NCBI GenBank assembly: GCA_044892525.1 | Contig: CM097885.1 | Location: forward strand, 20,772,001-20,836,000 | From: Schmidtea polychroa | Lineage: Eukaryota | DNA length: 64,000 bases | Direction: 5' to 3' | Shown: positions 23,811 through 40,105 of the stretch, piece after piece | Layout of the letters: every line of letters starts with the position of its first letter | Numbering within the stretch: the first letter of the stretch is position 1 | The notes under the pieces: generated by a model | The model's database searches: none | Told to the model about the DNA's origin: nothing | The model's input: the letters and a program-made list of their open reading frames with translations, nothing else | Translations under genes and position numbers: made by a program

Positions 23811-24395
23811 TAATAATAATAATAATAAAAATAATAATATTAATAATAATAATAATAGTAATAATAATACCCTTGTGAGATGTTGAATGTAACCAATACC
23901 ATTGAACACTTTGAAGGTTATTGAACCTCCATAGACCTTCGATGGGCTCAAATACTCACCATTCAAATACCTTTCGAATGAGCTATTAAATAATAAAAAC
24001 CATTGGCGGGAACTCTGAGAATTTAAATTTTAAAAAATTTAGCATGACTCATCGCATGACTCATATGACCTTGAGAATGACCTTGAATGAGTCATCGGAT
24101 GAGGCATGTGACCTTGAATGAGTCACCGGATGAGTCATATGACCTTTAATGAGTCATCGGGCGAGTTATATGACCTTGAATGAGTCATTGGATGAGGCAT
24201 ATGCCTTGAAGAGTCATGGCATGAGTCACATGACCTTTAATGAGTCATCGGATTAGTCGTGGTCTTTGTTTCAATGACCTTGATGAGTTCTATATCTTTG
24301 TTTAAATTTTGACCTTGAAAAAAAAATTTAAAATGGAGGGGGGTATGTCTTTGTCCCAGAGGGCCGCTGGTTTAGTGGGCCGCTATCCCTCTACT
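23229..24395 (-). repeat. Right terminal inverted repeat of Polinton 1
   Basis: Mirror of 8164-9250, with a longer TGAGTCA/TGACCTTGA array at ~24044-24290. Confidence 0.92.
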
Positions 24396-26381
24396 GATGG
24401 AAAACATATTTTTTAAACCACAGGAATTCTAATAACATAAAATCAAACAAAAACCACAGGGGAAATATTCAATCACAAAATTGGAGAAAAAATAAAATAA
24501 ACAAATTCAGCATTTGAAACATATCGATTCTCACAATAACGGAAAAATTGACAACGAAAACACAATCCAATTCCACCTACTCGGCTTGTACAAATGTCAT
24601 TCTATGCACACAGACGTGAGTAATTGGAATTAACCAATTAAAATGAAAATTATAAAATTATGATTTCTTTGTAGCAGCATTAATTCAATGTTAAACAATT
24701 AATAAGAAAAATAAGAAAAAAACCATAATTTGACTTATCAAAACAAAAATATTAATTATCTGATGATGACAGTGAGTCTATAGAAATAAATTGTAAGCTG
24801 TGATGTCTTGAAATTTTATTATCTATTTCTACTGTTGATTTACAACAGGATTTACAAAATTATCCATGGAGCTTTGAAATATATATTCCGTATTGTTTGC
24901 TTCAACGAGCACAAACCAAAAATACTGTATATGACCAAGTTTTGGAAGAATCATACTAAAATTAATTAATTTGTTATGACTTGATTTGTTTTGACATCTT
25001 CAATAGATTAGAAATTTAAAAAAAATGTATTTTCTATCCTATAATTGAGACGAAAGGAGCCATTGTGTTTAAGGGGTCCCTGCGACCCACAGTCTGAAGA
25101 ACCAGTGCTGTGCTATGACATGAACGCCGAAGCGGGCCTCTGGAAAAATTGCGCATCACCACCGCCATTCTATAACCGGCTCATTGTTTTCAACTACCGC
25201 AACTTCGGTACTATTTCGGTGCAACTTCTCAGAGGTAAGTACAAAGAAACGAACAAACCTAATGTTATATTCTAATGTTATATTCGTAGATTCTGGAGTA
25301 GTTATTATTCACACGTTTTTGTGTTTATAACTAACAGAACATAGATATTTTTATATTTCAAAAATATGATACATTTCTGTCGCTGGGCGCTGGGCCGGTT
25401 GGCCTGAAACAATACATAAGAATAATTTCATGGAGTGACAAACAATCATAGACAGTAATATTTTGCATTTTGGTGTCACCGCACTCCCGCACCCCCATAG
25501 CGACGCCAATGTACATAATTATGAAATATATAGTACATAGTACATAGAATGAAACCTATATTCAAAATATTTGATTAAGAATAATTAAAAGCATACATAA
25601 GGAAAGCAGCGGTTCCCAATCTGCGGAGCATGTACCGGTGCCGGATAAGTGATAAATTAATAATGAAAACAATATAACATTTACAGTACATCTTCATGTG
25701 TTTGGGAACCTTTTCAAAAACCAGTTAATGATTTTGGAAAACTTTATTGTGGTAAGGCTAGTCGTTTTTTGCTGGACAAAATCTTAAGAAACAAGTGATG
25801 CAAAAAGGTTTTTACTTCAATATTTAGGAAAAACTTTTATTGTTCATTTCTGCAAAAATATATACTTATAGGTACGCCATTATATTGGACTATACTACCA
25901 GGAACATCGTCTTTAAAAACAGTTGAAACCTCTTAAATAGAGGATTTGAAATATATAAATATGGAAACACTATTCAAATAATAACTGGTGATTAATTAAA
26001 ATCTGCGAATAAAATTTTAATTTAAAAAATTCATCGCCGACAACCTAATGTATCAGATTCATTTTGTTACATTTTGTAATTATGTCGCTCCATTTATTAT
26101 TTCATCAAACATGATTCACTCACATTTGCGATGCTGGACATTGAGAGTCACACTCGCCTCTCGTCACTCTCGTTTGATCTTCCATGGAGATTAACTGGGT
26201 CCAAAAATAACTTGATTTCCATTATCAAAAATGGCTTCAATTTATGAGACATTTTAACATAAAATGAACATAAAGTTGATTAGACCTGCATTTATATTCA
26301 CAAATTGTGGTTATATTAAAAATTTATTTTTAATTTTGAAACTAATATTTCTTGGTTTTCAACTATGAATTCATATATAAC

Positions 26382-26476
<95 letters not shown>

Positions 26477-26493
26477 TAATAATAATAATAATA

Positions 26494-26566
<73 letters not shown>

Positions 26567-27114
26567 TCAAAGACATATAAAAGATAAAATATAATATTCA
26601 GTACAAAATTTCTATTTTATTCACAAATTTTGACTTATTTGGTTTTTTTACCCTTCTACGGTTTTTATTTTTAAATAAAAATTTATTTAAACATTTGGAA
26701 AAGGTATAAATCACCTTAATTATGATTTTTATTTCATTATAAAATAGACCCCACCAAGACCAGCACTGATTTCTGAGTCAGAAATTCAGAGAATAAATCT
26801 TTGCAATAGTACTATCGGATACACGAAAAAAGAAAAAATGACAGATTTACTTTGATGAATGCTAAATAAAAATTGAATTTACTTGAATTAACTATTAATT
26901 TCAGTGCCCTCCCACACTATTGCTCAGCAGTTGTCATACGGGCAGCCGGGGCTTCATGTTTTGGAACATCAAAATGAAATTATCTCAGTAAAACAAGGAC
27001 AAATGTGCAATTAGATGAAACTGTCATTTACCGATGAAAATCTTATAATGGTGTTTCAAGTGAATTATTGATGTGACCGCATGGGGGCGAATGAGTTTTG
27101 AATTTGGTTAATTG

Positions 27115-27348
<234 letters not shown>

Positions 27349-28317
27349 CCATTTGAAGTGAAAATATATAATGTTTAAAAAATATCAAACAACTAAAATT
27401 TTATTTAATTTAAACAAATAGTTATAATGGAACAAATGATTCCTAACATATATAATTATTTTCTTAAATATTTCTTGTTTGTGTGAATAATTATTTAAGG
27501 ACTTTCGTTATTTTTTCACATCATTTATAAAATTAAAAATTCCATTTTTCTTCAAAATTAAGAAAGTTAATACAAAAAAAATTAATTTTTATTAACTTTT
27601 TTTTAAAAATTTCAAAAGATTCTGAAAGGTTTCACGACTTTTTATGTTATAATATATGAAAAAATAATAATTATAATTAATCTTAATTGAATTTCATTTA
27701 CCGAGTGTTGTATAGTTCAAGCAGATCTTTGACAACAGGGAGAAACTCAGATTCCCAATTAACGGGTCGGTTTGATTTTTCCGATTCAAATCTTGATCTA
27801 ACCACCAGACAACCGATGTGTCTGTTATAGTAGATTTTATGGGGAATTTTGTTAAATTTTTAATTCGACTAAAGAGTGAGCATTTCACCTGGTTCAGTGG
27901 AAAACGGTAAATTGAAATTCTCTGTATCTGCTAATGGATAGAACAGCAGTTTCATTTGACCCATAACACGCAGATATTGTTGGAGAAAAGAAAAATTAGG
28001 AAATCAGAGAATTTTCAGTCAACGAAAACTGCACATGTCTCTAAACAGCTGTCGGTTATTATTTGTCTGATTGTTCAGAGTATTTTTTTAGCAATGCCGG
28101 CTTCTGCTGTTAATTGACTCATAATTCTTCGACATCTATTTTTTTCAATTATCAATTTGCTGAGATCTGGGCTTTGAACGATAAATTTCAAAGAGATTCC
28201 CACTCATCTAGAAGAGAATGAGATGTAATTTCATAATACCGCATAGTTTTTGTCGACCAGTTTCGTCGGACTCCATTTTGAGAAAATTTGTATAATTCAA
28301 CAATAATAATAATAATA

Positions 28318-28468
<151 letters not shown>

Positions 28469-28650
28469 TAATAATATTGTATTTTTTTAAAAACTTGCAT
28501 ATAAATCAGTAAAGATATCGAAGTTTTGATATTCACGAATTCACGAAACATTGATATATTTACTGAGTCATAGTCAAGCTTTTTAATAAATACAATGTCA
28601 ATTGAAAAGAAATCATTGGTGAAAATTGAAAAAAGTTCTTATAATACAAT

Positions 28651-28730
<80 letters not shown>

Positions 28731-31396
28731 TATTTTGGTAATATCTGACGGAGATAAATATGACCAAGACAGGCATCGGCAATATTTTTAAAATTTAGTA
28801 ATAAAACAAATTGGCTTACTGTAAAAGTATTTAACACTAATTCAACAATAAAGTTGACTTATGTTATTTATTTAATAAAGATCTTTGGGTTTTTAAAGTT
28901 CAATGTTTAGAATACAGTCGTTAATCTTAGTGACATAAAGCTTATTTCTGATGAAATTAATGTTTCGACCTATGGACCTCAAAGCATTATAAACCATTCT
29001 ATTGATGATTAAAGTTAATTGAAAATTTCTCCATTTTTTAATTAGGAAGTTTGTTAATATAGACAGAGTTTAGCAAATATTGCATTTACAATTTTGTTGA
29101 ATATCTTCGGAAAAATAAGTTAAAGAAGGATTTAACATTCCAAAACCCTGCCATAGTTTGTAGGTTTGATACTGTGAAGGTGAATAAAATTCATTAATAA
29201 ATTGAATAAGGTATCAAAAGGTCCACGATTTGTGAAATTAGATATATTCTATAAAGATTCCAAACTTACATCTAAAAATGCTTTTCAATCAGCTAAGTAA
29301 CGAACAGTCTCAGCCTGCAAAGTCATAAAGAAAATCTGTAAACCACATCTCGTTACTGATTATTTACTGATGTTCCGTTGAATAATTTATGGTATGAGGT
29401 GTGGAAAGATAAAATACACAAACAATATGTGGGTGATGTATTTTTTGTGTTTTTGAATTGTGATGATGTTGTTATTATATGAATACCAACTGCGAAGGGC
29501 CATGATGAACGGGGACCCATTTTCAAGCCTGAAAAAATGAAATATTTTAATTAATAAATGCACAGCAGAAAGTCGGAAATCGAAACTCCTCACAATCCTT
29601 GTAAAATCTATAAATCATGCAGGCAGGCAGATGATGTAGAATATTTAAGTTAGTGAGCAGTGACTCAGACTCGAAGGCAAATTATAATCGTCCGATGACG
29701 TTGGCATTTGCAGTTAATTCACTCAATTGGTTTCACTTCCCATCTTTGATCTGTTTCCGTCGGCCGTCGTTTTCAATTTTTTATAATATGAAAATATAAA
29801 ATTATTGTCTATCAGATTAGCATTGATTGTATGGGGAGCTCATTCTGAAAATCTTGTAGGTAGGCCCAGAATTTGAAGTTACGCAACTGCTTTCATCTCG
29901 ATAATAAGTTTATGGTGAAAAAAGAATTTCCGTCTTACATTTAGTCATTAGTTGTCAGAAAGAACTGGCAAGGGTTTTGAAAAGGAGATATAAGGATGAT
30001 CAACTGATACGGCCTTCTACACCATTCCAATTAGGTTCTGTGATTTTAAATATAATAGTGAATGATTAAAAAGTTTATATTTAACTCATTGGTGTCTTGT
30101 TCAATCTTTGAAAAATGTTATCTAATTTTGTTTCTTTTTTGAAATAAAAATGATTATTCGAACTTCCTTATAGGAAGATCATTTGGGGAAACAATTGAAA
30201 TACTTTTGAACTTTATGGATGAAACGATATAAATTGTAGCTCACTAAAGGTTGATGAGAGTAAAAAAACTGATGCTTTTAAGTTCCTCGTTATTAATGAG
30301 GACAAAAATATAGAAAATGGATTGAAATTAATCTTAATGAAATCTAGGCAAATTATTCCAGCACTTGATTAGACAAGTGATAATTTTTATTGCCAAACTT
30401 TATCATAATTAAGTGCAACTGTAAATAATTGGTCAACCACTGTCACACTATTTTCACACCGTAAAAAAAGCCATGGAATTTCTTTTTTTGTTATTTCATG
30501 ACCGTCAGAAATTCAGACCTCCCGCATTATGTTGGCTGATTAGAGTGGCATGAGAAAACGAATTCTGACAAAACTGACTGATAATTCTTCGTTGTTCGGG
30601 GTAGGTGGAGGTTAGTTTCAATAATTTCCGATTCAACTGCCATATCTTAATTTTCCATTCGCCAAAGCAAGTCTGGGTAGACATTTATAGACCTCTTTTA
30701 TCTTAGCACGACTGATGGAGTCGAAAATGTTGTTTACATATAGAATTGGGCATTAGCGGACCATTCTCATTGACACCCGACAACGCTTGTTCAATGAATC
30801 TTGTTTTTTGATCAGAAACCATAACAACCGACACTTGATATAAACAATTGTCATTCTTGTTATCACCACTTACTTGTCAGCGGATCCGTTTATTTATTTA
30901 AATTGATAAAAGAAAAATTTCCCACTGAATTCTTCTCGGTAAAGCCTGTTACATAATATTTATTACCAAAATATCTTGATTTTATTACCCATGTAATTTT
31001 TAGCTAATAACCATTTTTTAGCTATTTCTGCAATATTAATTTAATTAAAACAAAATCTGGATTCCCAATGGATATTCTCCAGAATTATGTAATTTTCTTT
31101 CGGGTACCCTTTTGTATTTTTTATTAAGATTCCTACAAAAGAAATTAGTGAAACACTCACTTTTAAGCCTGGCATACTTCACATCTATCTGTCCCTATCA
31201 AAATATTTCTTGCAATTATTTATTTGTCTTTTATTAGTATGTTTTAATGGATAACAAAATGAAATAAAAGAAATTTTTCAATATTAAAATCTGAATAATT
31301 TTTAAAAAATTTTAAAAATGTATAAAATGTATCTTTAATTTAATATTTTTTGAAACATGCCAAGTGAAATGAGGTCGAGAAATTTGTTTAATTAGA

Positions 31397-33715
31397 GATA
31401 AGAAATGAGAGAAAAAAAGGCTTGTTAAAGTTCGTATTGAAGTGAGAATGAGCGATTTTAGGTCTAAATATTTTATTTAATAAACACTGCGAAAGTGGCT
31501 TACGTAATTATTTATTTGAATTATATTTGTATAAATGAGTGAATGAATGAACAAAACAAATTACTGGATTCGAAGTATTACATATACGAATAAGTTGAAG
31601 ATAACTTTATTTTTCATATTTAAATATATTCATATAGACTACGGTGGATCATCACGCCTCAGGGGTGGGACATGTTAGCAATTATCAATTATTCCACATA
31701 CATTCTTTTTAATATAATATGCTTATTCACGACTAAATATAACAACGTACATACAGCAATTTCACCGACCGTTATTTTTGCATAATGTCAATACTGATTA
31801 TCGAAGTTTGACAGCTACTTTAAAGGGGCCTGGTGGAGCATATGAATTTTGAAAGTACTACGGTGGAGCATATAACTTTTGAAATACTACGATGACTCAT
31901 GGTATAAAGAAGGTCGGGAAACACTGATATAAACAGGCGCGTATTCTCTTACACCTATGTAAGTTTACTATAGGCGTGTTAATTTTCAAATTGCCTCCGC
32001 TCCCTCAACTATTAAAATGTTAATATTAAATAAAAAATATATACTAAATAAAATGTGTGAGTTTTTGTCATTAACAAAATTGACAATTAATAAAACTCTA
32101 TTTAGGCTAATATAAAAAGTTAATAACAAAAAACAAATGAATAATTATACACAATTACAGTTCACAAAATTTCTATAATAACAATTTTTTCTTTTATCAT
32201 AAATATTTATTATTAGGATAACATCGTTTTGTGAATCACTAAATAACTCCATAAACTTTATTTAAGCAATTATGCACTAAATTTTAATGTTTTCTAATTG
32301 TTTGTTATTTAAACAGTTTCCATCTTCTATTTAAAATATTTTTATATAATAAATATTTTTAAAATTTTAAAATTCCAAAAATTTACAATTAAAATCTTTT
32401 AGATTCTTCCAGCTTCTTCATATTTATTATTTCCTGTTTAAATTAAAATTTACTGTCAAAAGATCCCATATAATGTCAATTTGTGTATTTTTTATTATAG
32501 AAATTGTTTATAATTATCCATTTGCTTTTTGTCATTAACTTTTTCTATTAGCCTAAACAAAGTTTTATTAATTGTCAAATTTGTTAGTAAAAGTGTGGCA
32601 CTGTCTCACAATGTCCTTAACTGATGATTGTGAGACGGATGGATTCATTTTCCTGACTGACAACAATGTCCGATTTACTCCAAAATGATGATCTGTGTGG
32701 AAATTCCGTATTAGATCCATGTTTTCATCAACCTTACTTGCACTTAAAGCAGTCTCTACATTAGGCTCAAAACCGTTGTATCTGTTTTCAGTTGTAACAA
32801 CATCGCATTCGGCACCTTCATCATTTCGTCTGCCTTGTTTAACTCCGTCGGCACTAACTCCACCGTGACCTTCAGACTGTATTCATTTATAATCGACTTG
32901 AACATCTCAAGGCGACGTCGGACCAATAATTCGGATTTGGTCTTGAATCATCATTGAGTACCGCATAAAAACAGCTATACAATTAAGTCAAACCACTTGG
33001 AACTTCCAATCAATGAGTATTTCTATTTCTTTCAATGTAGAATCTAGGTCAACGGGATTTATGTGAGCTGCATGGTCTGACTTGCGCAACCAAGTTAATA
33101 ATCACGCTTTCAGGTCAGTTTTTCATATTTTCTTACACATTTTTATGGCTGCAATGCAAAAAACTCACTTTAATTTACAAAAAAATCACAAATTTAAATT
33201 TAAATTTGTTTCATTTTTAATGAGCTATAAATCACATACTATAAATCCACCGTAGTACTTTCAAAATTCATATGCTCCACCAGGCCCCTTTAAAGTAGCT
33301 GTCAAACTTCGATAATCAGTATTGACATTATGCAAAAATAACGGTCGGTGAAATTGCTGTATGTACGTTGTTATATTTAGTCGTGAATAAGCATATTATA
33401 TTAAAAAGAATGTATGTGGAATAATTGATAATTGCTGACATGTCCCACCCCTGAAGCGTGATGATCCACCGTGATTTATATGAATATATTTAAATATGAA
33501 AAATAAAGTTATCTTCAACTTATTTGTATATGTAATACTTCGAATCCAGTAATTTGTTTTGTTCATTCATTCACTCATTTATACAAATATTATTCAATTA
33601 AATAATTACGTAAGCCATTTTCGCAGTGTTTATTAAATAAAATATTTAGACTTAAAATCGCTCATTCTCACTTCAATACGAACTTTAACAAGCCTTTTTT
33701 CTCTCATTTCTTATC
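31397..33715. repeat. ~470-bp inverted duplication (31397-31867 and 33246-33715) around a ~1.4-kb spacer
   Basis: GATAAGAAATGAGAG...GTACTACGGTGGA is mirrored by TCCACCGTAGTAC...CTCTCATTTCTTATC with few mismatches. Confidence 0.9.
32070..32590. mobile_element. Decayed MITE-like element with ~80-bp imperfect inverted repeats
   Basis: TAACAAAATTGACAATTAATAAAACT..TAGGCTAATA mirrored by TATTAGCCTA..AGTTTTATTAATTGTCAAATTTGTTA. Confidence 0.55.
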
Positions 33716-34859
33716 ACATTTTGATTTTATTTATCTACATTGGGATTCTTCAATTAATTACATTTGCAACTTATTATCAACATTTTCAACATTATTGGAC
33801 TGAAGCAAAGGAAACCGAAATATATTTCATGTCGCTTAGTGCAGTGGTTCTTAGAATGGCGGCCCAAGGACAGTTACCGGTCCGTGGAGAGTCAAAATTC
33901 AATTTTAATTTTCAACTTTTTTATTTAAAATGGTTAAACTATTTGAATGTCACTTATTTTAACATACATGAAACTAAAGGCATCCATAAACGAAGTAAAT
34001 TCAGAATAAATTCTTTAAGTTAGTCCGTCGCGTGGCTAACTTTTAGAGCCACTAATTCAGTGCACTGTATTCACTTGTGACACCGACAATATTAAATTGA
34101 TTAATTACAATTAATTAAGTAATTTCATTATATAAAATCTGATATAAAAATGAATTATTGTTTTAATGAAACAAACAAAAATATTGAAAGAAGTTATTTC
34201 GATTAAACAAACAATATCAAATAATTCTAGATTAATTATTGTCGGATATTGTCCATATGAACTTTCCGATAATGTCCTGAAGCGAATTCTTCAAGAAAAT
34301 TCAACCGTCAAAGTCTCCTCGACTAATTTGTTTATTTGTCTTTTATCAAAAAAAATAATTTTCAATATTTTTTTATTATTTTCATTTAATATTCAGATTA
34401 TAAATGAAAACGATCAAAATGATTTACAAAGAAAAAAGTTTTTATATTTTAATAAAATTTTAAAATTTCATTACATATGATTAAAAAATAAAAAATAAGA
34501 CAAATATTTTTTAAAAAATATATTTTAACATCGAAATATATTAGAATTCAAACTCATAATTATCATTTATTGTAAATATATTTTTATTGTTGAATATAAA
34601 TATATAAATCACAAATGTTAAACAGGTAAATGATAAGATAAGCCTTTTCTTGTAAAATATATATTGAATGAAATGAAATAATTGTTGATTATGAAAATAA
34701 TCTTGTTAACTTCTTGCACCAAAATGCTTATTTTATTATTTACTTGTTTAACATTTAATTTATACTGCTACCAAGGCATCATAATTTTATAATTCCAAAG
34801 ATTTTATATTTTTACCAATGAAACTTTGTAATTCAGCGCTTCCATATTTACAGAAAGTA

Positions 34860-35350
34860 CACGTCATAAAAAACGAGAAACAAAGGGTAGCCAATCGATG
34901 TGCTGAAGAATAGGAGAACTATAAACAACAATTAAACTTCAATAAAATCCTGCACAGAAACGGATATCAATGTAAGAACATTGAAAGAATGAATTCTACT
35001 CCAAAAATATTTAGTGAGATAACACAAAAAAAGGAAGAAATATTTTTATCTGAATATTCCATTCATCAGCGACATACTCGACCCTAAGATCCTGAAAGAG
35101 CTTAAACCCAATGGCCTTCCAATTTGTATAGCGCATAAATCTTGTACATTGAGAAAAGCTCTCACAATCAACACCAAACAAGAAAACCACTGCACAATGA
35201 AAGAAAACATGCTTTCGAAAAAAACATTGTCTATTGCATCATTGCCAGTGAATGCAAAGAAATATACATTGGAAGTACTCTCAGGACCTTACACCAAAGA
35301 GTTAAAGAACATCTAGATCCTGGTGGGAAAATAATCTTAGCCAAACCATA
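34860..35350 (+). pseudogene. Degenerate Penelope-like fragment (second family)
   Basis: KNIVYCIIASECKEIYIGSTLRTLHQRVKEH GIY-YIG motif. Confidence 0.75.
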
Positions 35351-37503
35351 AACACTAAAGAAAAGATCAATGAAATCATCAGTTTTATTAGTCGTTATTG
35401 ACCTTGAGAATAGCTTTTATAAAAAAATTAAGTTAAAAATTAAAAAATAATAATTTAAAATAATATAGAAAAATATCAAATATACTTTCAAAAGATCATT
35501 AATCATTAAAATCAAATAAGAAACATTTTTAAAATATTTAAATTGCGTATATAAATAGCTATTGGAAACTGTATTTTATAAATATTTTAAGATATTATTT
35601 ATTAAATTTATTAAATATTATTTATTAAATTATTTATTAAATTAGAAGCTTTAAAAATTTTAAAAATTTTTTTAGTTTTTCGTTTTGAATTTTATAAAAT
35701 ATTTAATTAAAAAATTTTTTAATTCTTCAGAAAAAAAGTTTATTATTATTTTTAACCAATGAGAGGTTAGAAAAATGAAATAAAAGAGAAGATCTTATAG
35801 CCGAAAATATTGTCATTTGTATTAAATAGCCGAAAAAGTTTAAATACTCATTTAATTGTTTATATTATTAATTAATCATTTTTTAAAATTGTTTTTAAAG
35901 TATTTTTAACATTTTTAAATATTTTTATTTCAAGTAAACAATTAATAAAAAAGTAAAGAAGTTAATTTATAATCAAAAGGATCATAAATATGAGATAAAT
36001 TTCGTATATACAAATGTAAGTGAACATAACAGAACATATTTATTTTAGGTAAAAATTAAATTTCAATAAGAAAATTAAAAATTAATTTTTTTAGAGTTAA
36101 ATGAACAAGGCCAAGGGCAAAATATTTTAATTTCATTCCTAATTTTCGTCAGATAATAAGATACCAAAACACAGTAAAAATTAAAAAAATTAGTGAGCAT
36201 AAAATTTGGTGTAATGTTAACCGATTTACATGGTCTGTTAATATTAGTGAAGTATCACCATTGCATCTCTCTTTTTAATTACAGCTGACCTTTAACCCAT
36301 TTATGCAAGTTGACAAAAAGTGATAAGATTAGCTGTTGATAAACTAAATGAATCCTTATCGTTCACATGAAAAGTTAATTCCAACCGTCAGCATAGGAGG
36401 GATCGTATTAAATTTGGACAAAGATTAGCAGCTGTTATACAGTAATGATTCTATAGAGTTACGCCATATGTTACATTAAATGAAATTTCGTCTGCCATAC
36501 TATCAAAACAGGAAATCAGTGACTGAGATCCTCATAGATACGCAATATGTTGGTTACTCTTTTACTGTACTAAATGGAAGTAAGTTGGGTGCGCCACTCT
36601 GGGTTTTACGACTCTCAAGTTGATGAATTTTGAATTTTTGTTTAAATCAAACAATTTTCACATGTACAAAAATCATTGTTAATTTGAAAATAAGTATGCA
36701 TTGCTTGTATTTCCTTACACCAATAATGTCATTGTAAATATTAAATTTTTACTGTTTCAATAAAATTCTCTCGTTCAGAGAAATAACTATGTTCGGTAAA
36801 CATATAATTTTAATGAATATTATTTTTATCCATAATTTTGAACGCCAAAGTTTTCATTGTGAAAATAACATACATCTCCAATATTAACATGAGGAAACAC
36901 ATGCATAAAATGTCCTATACAACAAAGAGATTAGGAATATGTTAATAAAAATACATATCCAAGTTTAACCACTTCCCGGACAAATTCTTTGCGCAATAGT
37001 CGGTAAAAAACTAAACTATTTTTTATGTCAATAAATTGTGCTATATAATCAAATAATAACATAAAAATATATTTTTTTCATTTTTTGAATAACATAACTA
37101 TTTATTTAATAATTTTAATTAAAAAAAATTATTGAGAGCCAATTTCACTGTATTTTTATCGTTTATAAATAAGAGTGTGCCATTATACAACAAATTATTA
37201 AATGCTGAAATTCATTTGACAAAATCAAATATTTTATTCATATATTTTATGCCAGTGGTCCCAAACTAAGGGATGCGGATCGTATCCAACCGCGAAAGTT
37301 TTCTGGAAAAAACCATAAAAATATTTTAGACGTGTTCATAATCTAGACATATTACTATTAGTATTTTTTTTACAACCACAATGACTAATGCCAAAATTCG
37401 AATGTGACTGCGCCGAGTAAGACACAATTAATAGAATAATTGAGAGAGAAGGAAGTACTATCCGATTAATAAAACGTTAGTCAAAACGACACTTACGGGT
37501 ATC

Positions 37504-37631
<128 letters not shown>

Positions 37632-39175
37632 AAACACAATCATAAATTTCATACGATATGTAATATATAAAACATTTATATTTTGAAAATAATTAAATTA
37701 AAATTATTTAAAATTGTTATTCATAATTTAAAAACTTTATAGATTTAATAATTTGTTTATAAATTATCAATATTGTATATATAGTGTATGTAGGTAATTG
37801 TTAATCTAAATATATAGTGAAAACATGTTGGAATGGCGATTTTTATTAATAAAGTCTTTACCGTGTTTATTTAATCATATATTTATATTTTATTAAAATT
37901 ATTAAAATTGACACTTTCAAGTTTAAAAACGACTAATGAAATTCAGGCGCACAGCCTCGTGCATCTTAATGATTACAAATTATATAAATAAAGTTTAATT
38001 TTAAGAAGTCAAATAATCAATTTAAACAAAAGATAAATACTTTGAAAAATTATATTATTTTTGTTTTATATTAGTTTTGTTTAAATTATTAACTTTTCAT
38101 TGTTTTTCTACTTATTTCTAAAATATCCGGTTAATTATTTTGTTTGAAATATAAATGAAAAAAACTCTATGTTAAGTTTGAGACTAAAATAAATGTAATT
38201 TTAATTAATTTATAAATTATTTTTGTCATTGACCCCAGTTATTAAATATAACTCAAAAATAATTTTAATAGTTTTTGTTTTAATCACATACTTACTAAAT
38301 CTAATTATGGATTGTAATTCAAATATTTGTAATAATTTAAAAATAAATTCGGTGGATATACCGACAGTAATTAATTAAAAAGTACAATTCATGGCTCGGT
38401 TTCTTTCTAATGTTTTATTTTTGAAAGAAATTCCCCCAAAATGCGATTAAAACAAATTCAAAAATAATTCATTTCCCACAAACACACACATACACGGACA
38501 CAAAAAGTGATGAAATAATTTTATTTCGTTTTGTTTACATTTAATCAACAAGGAAAACGCATTAAGTCGATTGTTGAAGTGCAATGATGGAAGGCCCCAA
38601 ATACATTGCCCACTGCACGGCCACTTGAAGCCGCTGAATGATACTCGTCCTACTAAATAACTAAATGATTGCTGGGTTCTCCAACTCATCTAGATTGCTG
38701 CAAATCCATTTACTTTATTCTGATTTCGGGGAGTTTATCTGATTTTAGATTTAATTTATTTTCCTTTGATAATTTAGATATCGTATTTTGTTTTAACAGA
38801 CTCAATGTAAATTATCTATTAGGAAAAAACAAAAAATTTTTTGAAAAAAATTTCATTTTTTACAATAAAAAAAACTTAGAAGTTTTAAATATTAAAAATA
38901 TAGTTTTGTGACATTAATTTTTAATATTATTTGAAATATTTTTTTGATTTCCTATGTACCACATTATCAATAAAAATAATATTTAAAAATAATTTTAAAT
39001 AGGCTATGTTAAAAAATTCATTAATTATAATAACAAATATAGATCGAAAATTCACATAATGCTTTGATCTATGATCGTAATGAAAATTAATTAAATATTT
39101 AAAGAAAATACATCAAAGGTGAACGAAAAGTGAAGGAAAAAGTCAAAACATATAATTAAAATAATGTACTTCCAA

Positions 39176-39235
<60 letters not shown>

Positions 39236-39469
39236 CACTATTATTATATAATAAGAATTTTTTTTAAATTTCACAACTGATTTCTTTTCAATTGACATTG
39301 TAATTATTAAAAAGCTTGACTATGAATCAGTAAATATATCGATGTTTTTTGATATTCACGAATTTTCGGCAATGTCTTTTTATATTATTATTATTAGTAT
39401 TATTATTTTTATTATATATTTTTTTTATTATATATTATATTTTTATATTTTTATTATTATATATTTTAT

Positions 39470-40046
39470 ATATATATATTTCTCCAACCAGCCATTACTA
39501 GCTTTAAACACATTGTTGTTTAGACTAATAGCTATCTTCTTAGCTGATGCTGTCAACAATTCTCCGTTAATAGGAAAGCCTCGCAGCACTTTGTTTTCAT
39601 ACCACTCTAGAACATACTCATTGATAAGTTTAAACTGCTGATTTGTTAGTCGTTTTAGTTTTTTATTTGCATTATTGTTCCAAAGCTCCTTTATTTCTTC
39701 TTTGTTAACAATGATATTGTGGACTTGCGTTTTACTACAAGAAAATCGTCTTGCAATAAGTCTCTGTCTTTCTCCTCGCTCAGAAGATTTAATAACATCC
39801 ATCTTCTCGCTCAATGTAAGCTTCTTTCTCGTTTTTTTTACTCCATTTTAATTTTAAAAAAATATTTAAAAATAAATATTTAAACTAAAAATATTTTTTA
39901 CGAAAAGTGGTCTTAACGAAAGGGGTGGTCCTATTATGGATGATTATTTGTCCCAGTAAACTACTGTGTAAATTTGGTTCCGAAGAAATAGAGGTCTTAA
40001 CTAGAGGTGGTCTCTTTAGTGAGGTGGTCTTAAGTAGAGGTTTTAC

Positions 40047-40048
<2 letters not shown>
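39470..40048 (-). mobile_element. 5' part of a pogo/Tigger DNA transposon (TIR plus CENP-B-type HTH domains)
   Basis: TIR CAGTAAAACCTCTACTTAAGACCAC at 40048; RKKLTLSEKMDVI...IARRFSCSKTQVHNI...PINGELL...FKASNGWLEK, then truncated. Confidence 0.88.

Positions 40049-40105
<57 letters not shown>

Noticed and set aside
24758..24795. CTGATGA...GAAA hammerhead-like string
   Set aside because: Stem II and the cleavage triplet do not form properly
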